Shown here one piece after another: positions 1-8,140 of a DNA stretch of 32,000 bases (positions within the stretch are counted from its first letter, which is position 1; each line of letters opens with the position of its first letter). The notes beneath the pieces were generated by a model. The model saw only the letters and a list, made by a program, of their open reading frames with translations. It had not been told where the DNA came from and did not search any database. This DNA comes from Candidatus Saccharimonadota bacterium. GTDB lineage: Archaea; Micrarchaeota; Micrarchaeia; Micrarchaeales; Micrarchaeaceae. Location of the stretch: contig OY969114.1 in the NCBI GenBank assembly GCA_963698035.1, forward strand, positions 720,001-752,000, in the 5' to 3' direction. Both the position numbers and the translations under genes were made by a program.

Positions 1-2
1 TG

Positions 3-158
3 ATAGGCGCGGGAGCGGGAGGCTACCTTCTCCTGGCTGTGCCGCCGAGCTCCCACAACGCCGTTAGGAATTTTCTCAAGGGGGAGGGGATGCAGGAAAG
101 GCCATTCACAATTGACAGGCTGGGAAGCAGGCTGCTGAAGTTTGACGAGGAGGAATAA
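3..158 (+). CDS. 3' end of a gene entering from upstream; GHMP-kinase-like C-terminus (partial)
   Basis: Frame 3 is open from the window edge to TAA at 156-158: IGAGAGGYLLLAVPPSSHNAVRNFLKGEGMQERPFTIDRLGSRLLKFDEEE. GAGAGG plus a hydrophobic strand resembles GHMP-kinase motif 3 (compare GPGSGGTIIV in the 29211-30203 gene). Absent from the ORF track because it has no start in the window. Confidence 0.4.
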   Translation: MGAGAGGYLLLAVPPSSHNAVRNFLKGEGMQERPFTIDRLGSRLLKFDEEE

Positions 159-187
159 TATAGCCTATGCCGCCCCGGGCGGCCAGG

Positions 188-214
188 CTATTTATTGATA
201 GAAAAGTGAACCCC
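188..214 (+). promoter_or_regulatory. TATA-like box (CTATTTATTGATAG) plus GTGA-N5-ATG start context
   Basis: CTATTTATTGATAGAAAAGTGAACCCC lies immediately before ATG 215. It follows the same layout as other start sites in the window. Confidence 0.4.
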
Positions 215-922
215 ATGAGGTCCAGCAAAAATGTAACGCCAAAGTCCTTCATCCCGAACAAGGAGATCGAAAGAATAAGCATGGAGCCGATGTCGGGGCA
301 GTACATGCTGATATTGAGGAGGGAGTCGGGCAGGGAAGCGCTCGAGGAGCTTAATTCTGACCAGAGGTGCAGGCTCTTCTTCAAGCTTGACGGCGACCGG
401 GAGAGCAGATGCATACCTCTAAGGCGGTGCAGCGACGTTTACCCGACAATACTTGATGAATACATGGCAGTGAGAGAATTATACAGGATAGTGCCCGAGT
501 TCACGCCAAGGCCGCTTGGCACGGTCCTTAGCGTGGCAGGCCGCATGGATGGATACTTTATGGAGAAGGTGGATGGAATAAGGCTGAGCACCGCTATCGG
601 AATAGGGGATAAGCAAATGGTCAGCACTGCGACAGACATGATAGAATACCTAGCAAGGATACACACAAAAGGAATGGCGCACGGGGATTTCACCAGCCAA
701 AACATGCTTCTCGCGCATTCTGCCGGTTCAAGGACCAAGGTGATAGACCCGGTCGGGTACCACAACTCCAGCGTCGGGATAGGCGGCAACTTGGCCGCGC
801 ATGTAGATGTGCAGCTGTTCATGGGTCTGGTAACCGATGACATTAAGGACCTGAGGTCTGTTATGCGCTCCCTTATGCTAATGAATAAATTGGGGAAACC
901 TGGGGAGGCACAACTGGCATAA
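215..922 (+). CDS. Protein-kinase-like fold protein (Bud32/RIO/APH-like, atypical)
   Basis: Catalytic-loop-like HGDFTSQNMLL followed by KVIDPVG (HGDxxxxN ... xID pattern of Bud32/RIO/aminoglycoside-kinase folds). No clear glycine-rich loop. Start moved from 167 to ATG 215 on promoter/GTGA context; the start remains uncertain. Confidence 0.6.
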   Translation: MRSSKNVTPKSFIPNKEIERISMEPMSGQYMLILRRESGREALEELNSDQRCRLFFKLDGDRESRCIPLRRCSDVYPTILDEYMAVRELYRIVPEFTPRPLGTVLSVAGRMDGYFMEKVDGIRLSTAIGIGDKQMVSTATDMIEYLARIHTKGMAHGDFTSQNMLLAHSAGSRTKVIDPVGYHNSSVGIGGNLAAHVDVQLFMGLVTDDIKDLRSVMRSLMLMNKLGKPGEAQLA

Positions 923-1454
923 ATACAAATAAGGTTCCTTGGGTTCCGATTAACTGCATAGGCGGAGCTGGCGTTTTGCTTGGTCGCTCCAGCTTCTTTA
1001 AGCTAATATTTCTTTTAGGCTCAAGAACATCATTGTGGCGGAAAGATTTCCATTGGCCACCGTCAAAGCTCACAATATGTCTGGTTGTATGCGGCGGATA
1101 TAAGTCTCCATCCAATGCTCTTTGTATAATCGTTGTCTTGTCATAAAATCCGTTGCTTCTCCAACTCCTAACAGAAACAAAATCGGTGAGATAGAAACCT
1201 ATCTCTGTTGCCAATATGCTCGGATATCCGAGCTTCTCAAGAGCGCCAGCTCTATGGTGTCCATCAAGCATGAGGAACCCTTCACCGACGCGATGCACTA
1301 CGACCGGGCGTCTTTGCATACCATCCTCTTCTATTTTGCGCGCAAGCCTGTTAAGGCGGGATTGTGATACCTCCTCGTGCCTCATCAGGTCCTTTATGTT
1401 AAGTTTAACTATTTGTATAGATTCTTTCGCCAAGGACAAGGACTGATTTACCAT
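873..1454 (-). CDS. ParB/sulfiredoxin-like N-terminal domain protein
   Basis: RPVVVHRVGEGFLMLDGHHRAGALEKLGY matches the ParB/Srx-fold core (DGHHR motif). The C-terminal 110 aa are unassigned. The 3' end overlaps the convergent kinase-like gene by 50 nt. Confidence 0.65.
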   Translation of the reverse strand: MVNQSLSLAKESIQIVKLNIKDLMRHEEVSQSRLNRLARKIEEDGMQRRPVVVHRVGEGFLMLDGHHRAGALEKLGYPSILATEIGFYLTDFVSVRSWRSNGFYDKTTIIQRALDGDLYPPHTTRHIVSFDGGQWKSFRHNDVLEPKRNISLKKLERPSKTPAPPMQLIGTQGTLFVFMPVVPPQVSPIYSLA

Positions 1455-1470
1455 AATTTATAGTACCCGT

Positions 1471-1488
1471 TTAAATATAAAGCTTTAC
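1471..1488 (-). promoter_or_regulatory. BRE/TATA for the ParB-like gene
   Basis: The minus strand reads AAAGCTTTATATTTAAAC, 33 nt from its first A to ATG 1454. Confidence 0.5.
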
Positions 1489-1624
1489 TTTGAGTCGGAT
1501 AAGACCCACTTTCAACGATATTTGCTGACGTTTGCTGAAGAAAAATGCAAAAAGTGAAGCGGCAGGACTCTGCCAGAGACAAAACCTTAAAAAGCTGTTT
1601 GTTGTTAACGAAAACGGTGAAATA

Positions 1625-2785
1625 ATGTCTAAACGTTTAGTTGCATCTGAGAGCGTTACGGAAGGGCATCCAGACAAAGTTGCGGATATAATATCGGATT
1701 CGGTAGTCGATGCAATAATAAGCCAAGATCCAAACGCGCATGTGGATTGCGAAACGCTGATAATGCAGGGCATGGTGGTGCTTACCGGTCAGATAACAAG
1801 CAAAGCTCATGTTAACATACCAAATATAGCTAGGCGCGCGCTGAAGGAAATAGGCCTCGACAACGCGAAAGACGGGCTTGACTGGGACACGTGTGGAATA
1901 ATCGCCTCAATCGAGGCGCAGTCGCCAGACATAGCGCAGGGTGTTGACGAGCGGCAAGGGCTAAACATGGGTGCCGGAGACCAGGGATTCGTCTTTGGTT
2001 ATGCATGCTCAGAAACTCCGGAACTTATGCCGATGCCCGCCGTTCTTTCGCACAAGCTGACCATGAGGCTTACGGAGTGCAGGAGAAAAGGGATTATTCC
2101 CTACCTGAGGCCTGACGGGAAGTCACAAGTTACGATTGAGTACGTTGACGAAGTCCCAAAGAGGGTAGACACTGTTGTAATCGCGGCGCAGCATGCAAGC
2201 GGCGTGAGCATCGCTCAAGTGAGGAAGGACATAATAAGTAAGGTCATCAGGAAGGCGATTCCGGCACGGATGCTGGACAGGAAGACAAAGTTTATAGTCA
2301 ACGGCACTGGGAGGTTTGTTATAGGCGGAACGCTTGCAGATTCTGGCTTGACCGGAAGGAAGACCGTTGTGGATGGCTACGGCGGGATAGGAAAGTCGGG
2401 AGGAGGATGCTTCAGCGGAAAAGACCCAACAAAGGTCGACAGGTCCGGAGCGTATCTGGCAAGGTACATAGCGAAGAACGTGGTGGCCGCAGGCCTGGCG
2501 AAGCAGTGCGAGGTCCAGATCGCATATGCGATAGGGGTCGCACGGCCGGTCTCCTTCTACGTAAACACTTACGGCACGGGCAAGATAAGCGATGAAAGGC
2601 TGGCGGGGATACTGGAAAAGAATTTCGACATGAGGCCCGGCGCCATAATGAGGGACCTAAAACTCAGGAGGCCCATATTCAGAAAGACTGCGTGCTACGG
2701 GCATTTCGGAAGGAAGGGGAAAGAATTTACATGGGAGAAGACGGACAAGGCAGCCGCGCTCAGGAAGGCGGCGCGTTCCTTGTAG
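1625..2785 (+). CDS. metK: S-adenosylmethionine synthetase, bacterial/eukaryal type
   Basis: Hallmark motifs SESVTEGHPDKVADIISD, GAGDQG and GGGCFSGKDPTKVDRSGAY. Start set to ATG 1625 (MSKRLVASES...), preceded by GGTGA-N4. The track start at 1532 is a TTG adding 31 non-conserved residues. Confidence 0.95.
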   Translation: MSKRLVASESVTEGHPDKVADIISDSVVDAIISQDPNAHVDCETLIMQGMVVLTGQITSKAHVNIPNIARRALKEIGLDNAKDGLDWDTCGIIASIEAQSPDIAQGVDERQGLNMGAGDQGFVFGYACSETPELMPMPAVLSHKLTMRLTECRRKGIIPYLRPDGKSQVTIEYVDEVPKRVDTVVIAAQHASGVSIAQVRKDIISKVIRKAIPARMLDRKTKFIVNGTGRFVIGGTLADSGLTGRKTVVDGYGGIGKSGGGCFSGKDPTKVDRSGAYLARYIAKNVVAAGLAKQCEVQIAYAIGVARPVSFYVNTYGTGKISDERLAGILEKNFDMRPGAIMRDLKLRRPIFRKTACYGHFGRKGKEFTWEKTDKAAALRKAARSL

Positions 2786-2807
2786 GCGTCGCACCAGCTT
2801 CAGCATA

Positions 2808-4013
2808 ATGTGTGAGACTTTGAAATTTACAATCTTGATAGCAGCGTTAATCTTATTCGGAATGATAGGCCTATCATATCCGGCAAATAATTCAACGTGC
2901 AACGTTTCCAATGGTTCCTGCACCATATCCAATATTACTATAAGCCATATAACTGTCAATTCAACAGGCAAAATCGGCAAGCCCATCTATATGGTATTGA
3001 TCTTTGCACAGGGCTGCCCGCATTGCGAAGCCCTCAACAGCTACATAGCGAACCTGAGTAAGACCTACGATATAAGAGTGAGCTATGTAAACGCTCTGAC
3101 CAACCAGACCACACTAGCAGAGTATCTCAACAATTATAATATCTCGAAGAACGATTGGGGTGCTGTCCCCATCCTCATCGTAAACAATACCTACTGCGCA
3201 GGAGATACGCCATGCGAATCATTCTTAGCAGCAAACATCGGCGCATTCTCAAAGAATGGGACCCCACAACTGTCGCCTGGTGGCTCTAGCAATCTAGGAA
3301 ATCTGTCTATCGCCGAATTGACCGTACTTGCACTTGTAGATTCAATTAATCCCTGCGCATTCGCAGTGCTGATATTCCTCCTCTCGACATTGTTTATCAG
3401 GAATCCGAATAACCGGCGCAAAATACTATTTGCCGGGGTATCCTTTGCGTTAGGCATATTCGCATTTTACATCATAATCGGCGTCCTGTTGCTGCTCGGC
3501 ATAAAGTCCGTGCTAGCTATAACGAACCTGAAGAGCATATATGTCTATTGTGCATTCGGGGCATTTGCGATAATACTCGGTTTATGGAATATCAAGGATT
3601 ATCTTGCATATGGTCGTGGCGTCGCAATGGAAGTGCCCAAAAGTTGGCGACCGAAGATGTTCGGAGTCATGGACAAAATATTATTCAAATTCGCATCCAT
3701 ACCTGCTGCATTCGTTGCAGGAGTCATAGTAACCGCTTTCTTACTTCCCTGCATAACGGGACCCTACTTCGTAGCAGGCAGCCTGCTCAAGAATCTACCA
3801 ATAGGCACGGCTATCGCATGGCTCGCCTATTACAACCTTATCTTCATATTGCCGATGCTCATAATAACCGCTTTAGTGTATGCCAGCTTCACAAGCGTAG
3901 ACAAGGCACAAAACTTCAAGGAAAAGAACATAAAGAAGCTACACCTATTTGCTGGTATCATGTTGCTAGGTGTAGGAATAGTGATAATCCTGCAGGTTCT
4001 TGGCTACCTGTAA
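2808..4013 (+). CDS. Thioredoxin-like (CPHC) domain fused to a CcdA/DsbD-type transmembrane thiol-disulfide transporter
   Basis: N-terminal signal/TM, a sequon-dense stretch, and a thioredoxin-fold CxxC (GCPHCEAL). The polytopic domain carries the two DsbD-family cysteines (DSINPCAFAVL and LLPCITGPYF). Confidence 0.8.
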   Translation: MCETLKFTILIAALILFGMIGLSYPANNSTCNVSNGSCTISNITISHITVNSTGKIGKPIYMVLIFAQGCPHCEALNSYIANLSKTYDIRVSYVNALTNQTTLAEYLNNYNISKNDWGAVPILIVNNTYCAGDTPCESFLAANIGAFSKNGTPQLSPGGSSNLGNLSIAELTVLALVDSINPCAFAVLIFLLSTLFIRNPNNRRKILFAGVSFALGIFAFYIIIGVLLLLGIKSVLAITNLKSIYVYCAFGAFAIILGLWNIKDYLAYGRGVAMEVPKSWRPKMFGVMDKILFKFASIPAAFVAGVIVTAFLLPCITGPYFVAGSLLKNLPIGTAIAWLAYYNLIFILPMLIITALVYASFTSVDKAQNFKEKNIKKLHLFAGIMLLGVGIVIILQVLGYL

Positions 4014-4073
4014 GTGATAAGATTTAAAGAGCTGTCATACAGCGGTCCTTGGCAAGCACCAATCCACCAGCGA

Positions 4074-5426
4074 TCATTTCTTATGCTTGCTTGCCTTTAC
4101 CTTCTCCGCAAAGCGGGTTATTAACCTATCGAACGCGCCTCCTATGGGCTGCAGGTCGTAAGAGACCCGTGCTATCGGCTTGTTGGAGTTGAGCAGCGGC
4201 CTGAGGTCTATCGGTGTTGCCGACACCACCGAATCGCACTCCGCCCTGTTTATGGTCGTCTCAAGGTCCTTTATCTGCTTTGGGCTGTAGCCCATTGCCG
4301 GCAACTCTATGGACAGCCGCTTGTATTTGTCGAACGTCTCCTTTATTGTGCCGACAGCGTAGTCCTTTGCGTTGGCGAATCCGGCGGCTCCATACTGCCG
4401 CGCCGCCACCGTTCCAGCTCCAAATAGCATGCCGCCGTGCGTTATGGTGGGCCCGTCTTCTATTATGAGGACCTTTTTGCCCCTAATCAGCCCGGGATTG
4501 TCCGCCTTCACAATAGAGTTGGCGCTCACTACCACTGCACCGGGGTTTATTGACCCGAGATTTCTGGTGACTTTCTCGATTTCCTCCCGTGTTGCGGAAT
4601 TCACCTTGTTTATCAGAAGCACGTCGGCCATCCTGGCGCAGGTGTCGCCAGGATAATATGTCAACTCGTCTCCCGCCCTAAGGGGATCGGCTACCGTTAT
4701 CATGAGATCCGGCTTGTAGAACGACGCGTCGTTGTTGCCACCATCCCATATTATTATGTCGGCCTCTTTCTCGGCCTGTCTGAGAATCGCTTCATAGTCT
4801 ACCCCGGCATAGAGCACGAAGCCATTCCTTACGGGTCCCTCGTACTCCTCCCTCTCCTCTATCGTGCATTTGTTCTTGTCAAGGTCGCTCAGCTTCGCAA
4901 AGCGCTGCACCGCCTGCTTCTTGAGGTCACCGTACGGCATCGGGTGTCTTACTATAACGGGCTTGAGGCCGAGCCTGCGCAGCAGCAACGATATATATCT
5001 GGTGGTCTGGCTTTTGCCGGATCCCGTTCTTACCGCGCAGACGGCTATGACCGGCTTGCTCGATCTTATCATGGTGTGCTCCGGTGAGATCAGCCAGAAA
5101 TCTGCGCCAGCCGCATTCACGATACTGGCCTTCTCCATCACGGTGTAGAAGCTCAGGTCGCTGTACGATAATATGCACGCGTCGGCCTTCAGTCTTTTTA
5201 TGAGCCTTACGAGTTCAGATTCATCGTATATCTGTATGCCTTTTGGGTAGAGCGGCCCGCTCAACTCCTTGGGGTACTTCCTATCGGATATGAATGGTAT
5301 CTGCGTTGCTGTGAACGCCACCACCTCGAAGTCTCTGTTGTTTTTGAAGACAACATTGAAGTTGTGGAAGTCTCTTCCAGCGGCCCCTATTATTATCAAC
5401 TTCTTCCTCCCCACCTTTCCCACCAA
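4074..5426 (-). CDS. COG2403-family P-loop protein (predicted GTPase / cyclic 2,3-diphosphoglycerate synthetase-like)
   Basis: N-terminus IIIGAAGRDFHNFNVVF and Walker A AVRTGSGKSQTT. The ~450 aa size and layout match my recollection of COG2403. The specific activity is not inferable. Confidence 0.6.
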   Translation of the reverse strand: MVGKVGRKKLIIIGAAGRDFHNFNVVFKNNRDFEVVAFTATQIPFISDRKYPKELSGPLYPKGIQIYDESELVRLIKRLKADACILSYSDLSFYTVMEKASIVNAAGADFWLISPEHTMIRSSKPVIAVCAVRTGSGKSQTTRYISLLLRRLGLKPVIVRHPMPYGDLKKQAVQRFAKLSDLDKNKCTIEEREEYEGPVRNGFVLYAGVDYEAILRQAEKEADIIIWDGGNNDASFYKPDLMITVADPLRAGDELTYYPGDTCARMADVLLINKVNSATREEIEKVTRNLGSINPGAVVVSANSIVKADNPGLIRGKKVLIIEDGPTITHGGMLFGAGTVAARQYGAAGFANAKDYAVGTIKETFDKYKRLSIELPAMGYSPKQIKDLETTINRAECDSVVSATPIDLRPLLNSNKPIARVSYDLQPIGGAFDRLITRFAEKVKASKHKK

Positions 5427-5493
5427 AATCTGCCGGATACCTATTTAAAGGGAAACTTTATATCTATTTGTCTATTCTGGGTCTTGGAGGAGA

Positions 5494-5793
5494 ATGCATG
5501 ACACTACCGATGTTCAAATGAATATTTTTATTGATATAATTGGTTGGGTGGGTGCAGTGCTTGTTGTATCGGCATATCTTCTAATTACTACCAATAAGCT
5601 CAAAATAGCATCAAAGCTCTACCAGCTCATGAATTTATTAGGTGCAGCCGGGATCATAGTAAACTCTCTTTCATACGGCGCCTATCCATCTGTGGCGGTA
5701 AATGTAGTCTGGATTTTTATTGCATTTTATGGACTTGAAGAGGGGCTATGGAGTAAAATGGCAAAGAAGAGGAGGAATAAGCCGCGAGTGTAA
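5494..5793 (+). CDS. Small 3-TM membrane protein (PQ-loop/CBU_0592-like architecture)
   Basis: Three hydrophobic helices. GGAGG lies 3 nt upstream of the ATG. YQLMNLLGAAGIIVNSL...VAVNVVWIFIAFYGL resembles small 3-TM families. No PQ motif. Confidence 0.5.
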   Translation: MHDTTDVQMNIFIDIIGWVGAVLVVSAYLLITTNKLKIASKLYQLMNLLGAAGIIVNSLSYGAYPSVAVNVVWIFIAFYGLEEGLWSKMAKKRRNKPRV

Positions 5794-5807
5794 GCCCGAG
5801 CCAACAG
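5777..5807 (+). repeat. AAGCC-type array
   Basis: ATAAGCCGCGAGTGTAAGCCCGAGCCAACAG. The gene's stop TAA (5791-5793) is the start of a TAAGCC unit. Confidence 0.6.
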
Positions 5808-5879
5808 TCATAACAGCATTATACTGCTCTGCACATAATTATACACAAAATTTGTTAATATATGATGTAAAGTGTATTC

Positions 5880-6137
5880 ATGGCAGCAAAAGAGCTTGTG
5901 GGCAAGGTAACGCACTACTTTGGCAAAATAGGCGTGGTTACAATCTCCCTTAGCAAGGCGCTGAGGGTCGGCGATAGCATAGAGATAGGGGAGGGAGAGA
6001 CAAAGCTTGTGCAGAGAGTGGACAGCATGCAGCTAAACCACGTAAACATAGACAGCAGCGAGGCGGGCAGCGAGATTGGGCTGAAAGTATCTGGAAAAGT
6101 TAGAGAGGGAGCCGAGGTCTACAGGGTCGAAGCCTAA
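5880..6137 (+). CDS. Stand-alone EF-Tu domain-2-like beta-barrel protein (translation elongation factor-like protein)
   Basis: GKVTHYFGKIGVVTISLSKALRVGDSIEI...VDSMQLNHVNIDSSEAGSEIGLKV...REGAEVY follows the pattern of small EF-Tu-D2-like proteins. Confidence 0.55.
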   Translation: MAAKELVGKVTHYFGKIGVVTISLSKALRVGDSIEIGEGETKLVQRVDSMQLNHVNIDSSEAGSEIGLKVSGKVREGAEVYRVEA

Positions 6138-6230
6138 ATAGCACCAACTATCAGCATTGATAGTCTTCGAACTCCAATTAGCCTATTCAGGCATTCATAA
6201 CCTTATTTTACTACGACATCTACCCCAAGA

Positions 6231-6250
6231 AAAAGCATAAATATCTGGAC
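6231..6250 (+). promoter_or_regulatory. Conserved BRE/TATA cassette AAAAGCATAAATATCTGGAC
   Basis: Contains the exact 9-mer ATAAATATC, ~40 nt upstream of ATG 6279. Confidence 0.6.
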
Positions 6251-6278
6251 CGACGTTATAGTATTACGGGTGGATGGA

Positions 6279-6587
6279 ATGGCAGATATAAGAAGTAGAG
6301 AAGACAGTAGAGACCAGAGGGTTTCTGCTGCAAGAAGGAAGGGTAGGGGGGCTGTGGACAGGGAGCAACTAAAGGCTGCTTTTAGAGCGGCAGGTGCGAC
6401 CGACGTCGATGACACAGCGGTAGAGACCGCAGCGGCAGTGGTTGAAGAGAGGCTCTTCGAACTAGCAGCCAGGTCTGTAGAGTCCAGCGAAGAGAGAGAG
6501 GAATCAAGACTCAGCGCATCGTCCGTTGCAATCGCAGCGCAAAGGGAAGCCGAAGACAGAAGGACGAGAAGGAGGGCAGCAAGATAA
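6279..6587 (+). CDS. Charged small protein, candidate histone-fold protein with N- and C-terminal tails
   Basis: The core LKAAFRAAGATDVDDTAVETAAAVVEERLFELAARSVE...SRLSASSVAIAAQR aligns without gaps to the archaeal histone pattern (IIKDAGAERVSDDARITLAKILEEMGRDIASEAIKLA...RKTIKAEDIELA, recalled from HMfB). R/E/D-rich tails flank it. The fold is unverified. Confidence 0.45.
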   Translation: MADIRSREDSRDQRVSAARRKGRGAVDREQLKAAFRAAGATDVDDTAVETAAAVVEERLFELAARSVESSEEREESRLSASSVAIAAQREAEDRRTRRRAAR

Positions 6588-6797
6588 AGCTATTCGGTAC
6601 TGTTAAAGTATCGAATACTTTCTACCTGGCTTTGTGCATGAGGTAGATTAACGCAAAGGTCGATTGGCTTCATGCACAAAAGCAGGTATTTTAGCAGAGT
6701 AGCCAAAGCGCTCCAAGAACGGCATAAACATTGTCACAAATACAGCAGACGGAGCAATATTACACTAAAACAAGCGAGCTTTGAGCTGGGCAATCCC

Positions 6798-7196
6798 TTA
6801 TCTCTTGCTTTTCCTTTTTGGCATGCTCATTAGGCCGACCCAGATCCCGTCAGGATCCTTTACGAAGCCCATTGCTATCCTATCGTTCTTGAAAAGCTTC
6901 ATTGCGACTGGCGCACCCCTGCGAGTGAGCCTGCGGTACTCCTTCTCAGCATTGTTCACCTTGAACATGAGGTGGTCCATCTCATCGCCCTTCTCATACG
7001 GCTTGTACAGGTGGAAGTTCTTGCCATACCACATTAGCCTTAGCTTCTGCCCAGTTCCCCTATCCTCCAGCGTGACGGTCTTCTCGCCAGGGAAGCGATT
7101 CATTCTGTCTACGACCTTGAGCCCCATGGCTCTAGTGTAGAAGTCGACGGACTTATTTAGGTTCCTCGTCCTTATGCTCGCATATATCAATCCCAT
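6798..7196 (-). CDS. VOC/glyoxalase-family protein
   Basis: MGLIYASIRTRNLNKSVDFYTRAMGLKVV ... DPDGIWVGL is a typical glyoxalase/bleomycin-resistance fold. Start set to ATG 7196, preceded by GGTGA-N5. Confidence 0.8.
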   Translation of the reverse strand: MGLIYASIRTRNLNKSVDFYTRAMGLKVVDRMNRFPGEKTVTLEDRGTGQKLRLMWYGKNFHLYKPYEKGDEMDHLMFKVNNAEKEYRRLTRRGAPVAMKLFKNDRIAMGFVKDPDGIWVGLMSMPKRKSKR

Positions 7197-7226
7197 ACTA
7201 TTCACCAAACATATCAGTTTCACACG

Positions 7227-7523
7227 TTAGTTCATGAATCTCTTTATGCTTAATCCAAACATCAGCATAGTGAGCCAAAACCCAATTAGCAGAGCTGGCA
7301 GTGCATAGCTGCCATATAGGTTAAGTACTACCAGTCCTATGGCAATTATTGTCGCAAGCACGAAGTTTGACAGGCCCCAAAACATGTTGACCTTGGGCGG
7401 TGATTTTTGGCCGAATGGGCTCCTAAAGATTTTTCCTGCTGCACCAAATATAAAATGCGGCACACCGTTACCTAGCAGGAATCCCACTATGAAATACCAT
7501 ATCAAGAAAAGCTCTAGCGCCAT
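7227..7523 (-). CDS. Small membrane protein, unknown function
   Basis: Three predicted TM helices. Start set to ATG 7523, preceded by GTGA-N4, with TTATATAT about 40 nt upstream. The stop lies 3 nt from the track start of the next gene. Confidence 0.5.
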   Translation of the reverse strand: MALELFLIWYFIVGFLLGNGVPHFIFGAAGKIFRSPFGQKSPPKVNMFWGLSNFVLATIIAIGLVVLNLYGSYALPALLIGFWLTMLMFGLSIKRFMN

Positions 7524-7560
7524 TCTCTCACTTGTATACAGGCATTTCATGCAAAATATA

Positions 7561-7583
7561 TAAGCCTAAGCGTGCGGAAGAAA
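7561..7583 (+). repeat. AAGCC-type array plus purine box
   Basis: TAAGCCTAAGCGTGCGGAAGAAA. Confidence 0.5.
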
Positions 7584-7630
7584 GAAATAAAGAATAGTGT
7601 TTCGATAAGTTATTGCAATTGGTGGTGAAA

Positions 7631-8038
7631 ATGAAAACCAAGAAAGGGTACAAAGTCGAACTTGAAAAGGAGACCAGGAAAAATACCTATTTTCGGCATG
7701 TGCTATACACCGCAGAACATAGCCAGCTTGTTCTTATGAGTCTTAAGCCCAAAGAGGAGATAGGCGCGGAGATCCATAAGGGCATAGACCAGTTCTTCAG
7801 GTTTGAGCATGGAAAGGGATTGGTGGTTATTAACGGTGTTAAACATGTTGTTCAAGACGGCAGCGGGGTCATCGTGCCGGCTGGTGCAAAACACAATGTA
7901 ATCAATACTTCCACGCATCTTGGTCTTAAGTTTTATACGATTTACTCGCCGCCAGACCATGTGGATAAAATAGTTCACCACACGAAGGCCGAAGCAATAG
8001 CCAAGGATAAGGAATTTGACGGGCGCACAACAGAATAG
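7631..8038 (+). CDS. Cupin-domain protein
   Basis: GAEIHKGIDQFFRFEHGKGLVVINGVKHVVQDGSGVIVPAGAKHNVINTS shows the two cupin motifs. Confidence 0.8.
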   Translation: MKTKKGYKVELEKETRKNTYFRHVLYTAEHSQLVLMSLKPKEEIGAEIHKGIDQFFRFEHGKGLVVINGVKHVVQDGSGVIVPAGAKHNVINTSTHLGLKFYTIYSPPDHVDKIVHHTKAEAIAKDKEFDGRTTE

Positions 8039-8140
8039 CAGCTTTGTCTAAAGTGGCAGATACGAGCCCTCCCAATAGTATGAAAACCAAATCATACAGA
8101 TGCCTTTTTATTTAACACAGTTCAACTAATACTTGTTTTT

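Noticed and set aside
106-414. 102-aa minus-strand ORF (and 439-843 minus)
   Set aside because: These overlap the partial upstream gene's end, the promoter and the kinase-like CDS. They are serine/leucine-rich shadow frames without motifs.
1489-1624. Possible SAM riboswitch or long leader upstream of metK
   Set aside because: The strong TATA at 1471-1488 is correctly spaced for the divergent ParB-like gene. A second A/T box (CTTAAAAAGCTG, ~1586-1598) sits ~37 nt before the metK ATG, followed by GGTGA-N4. A short leader is therefore more likely. I could not recognise any SAM-riboswitch core, only a small GGCAG/CTGCC hairpin.
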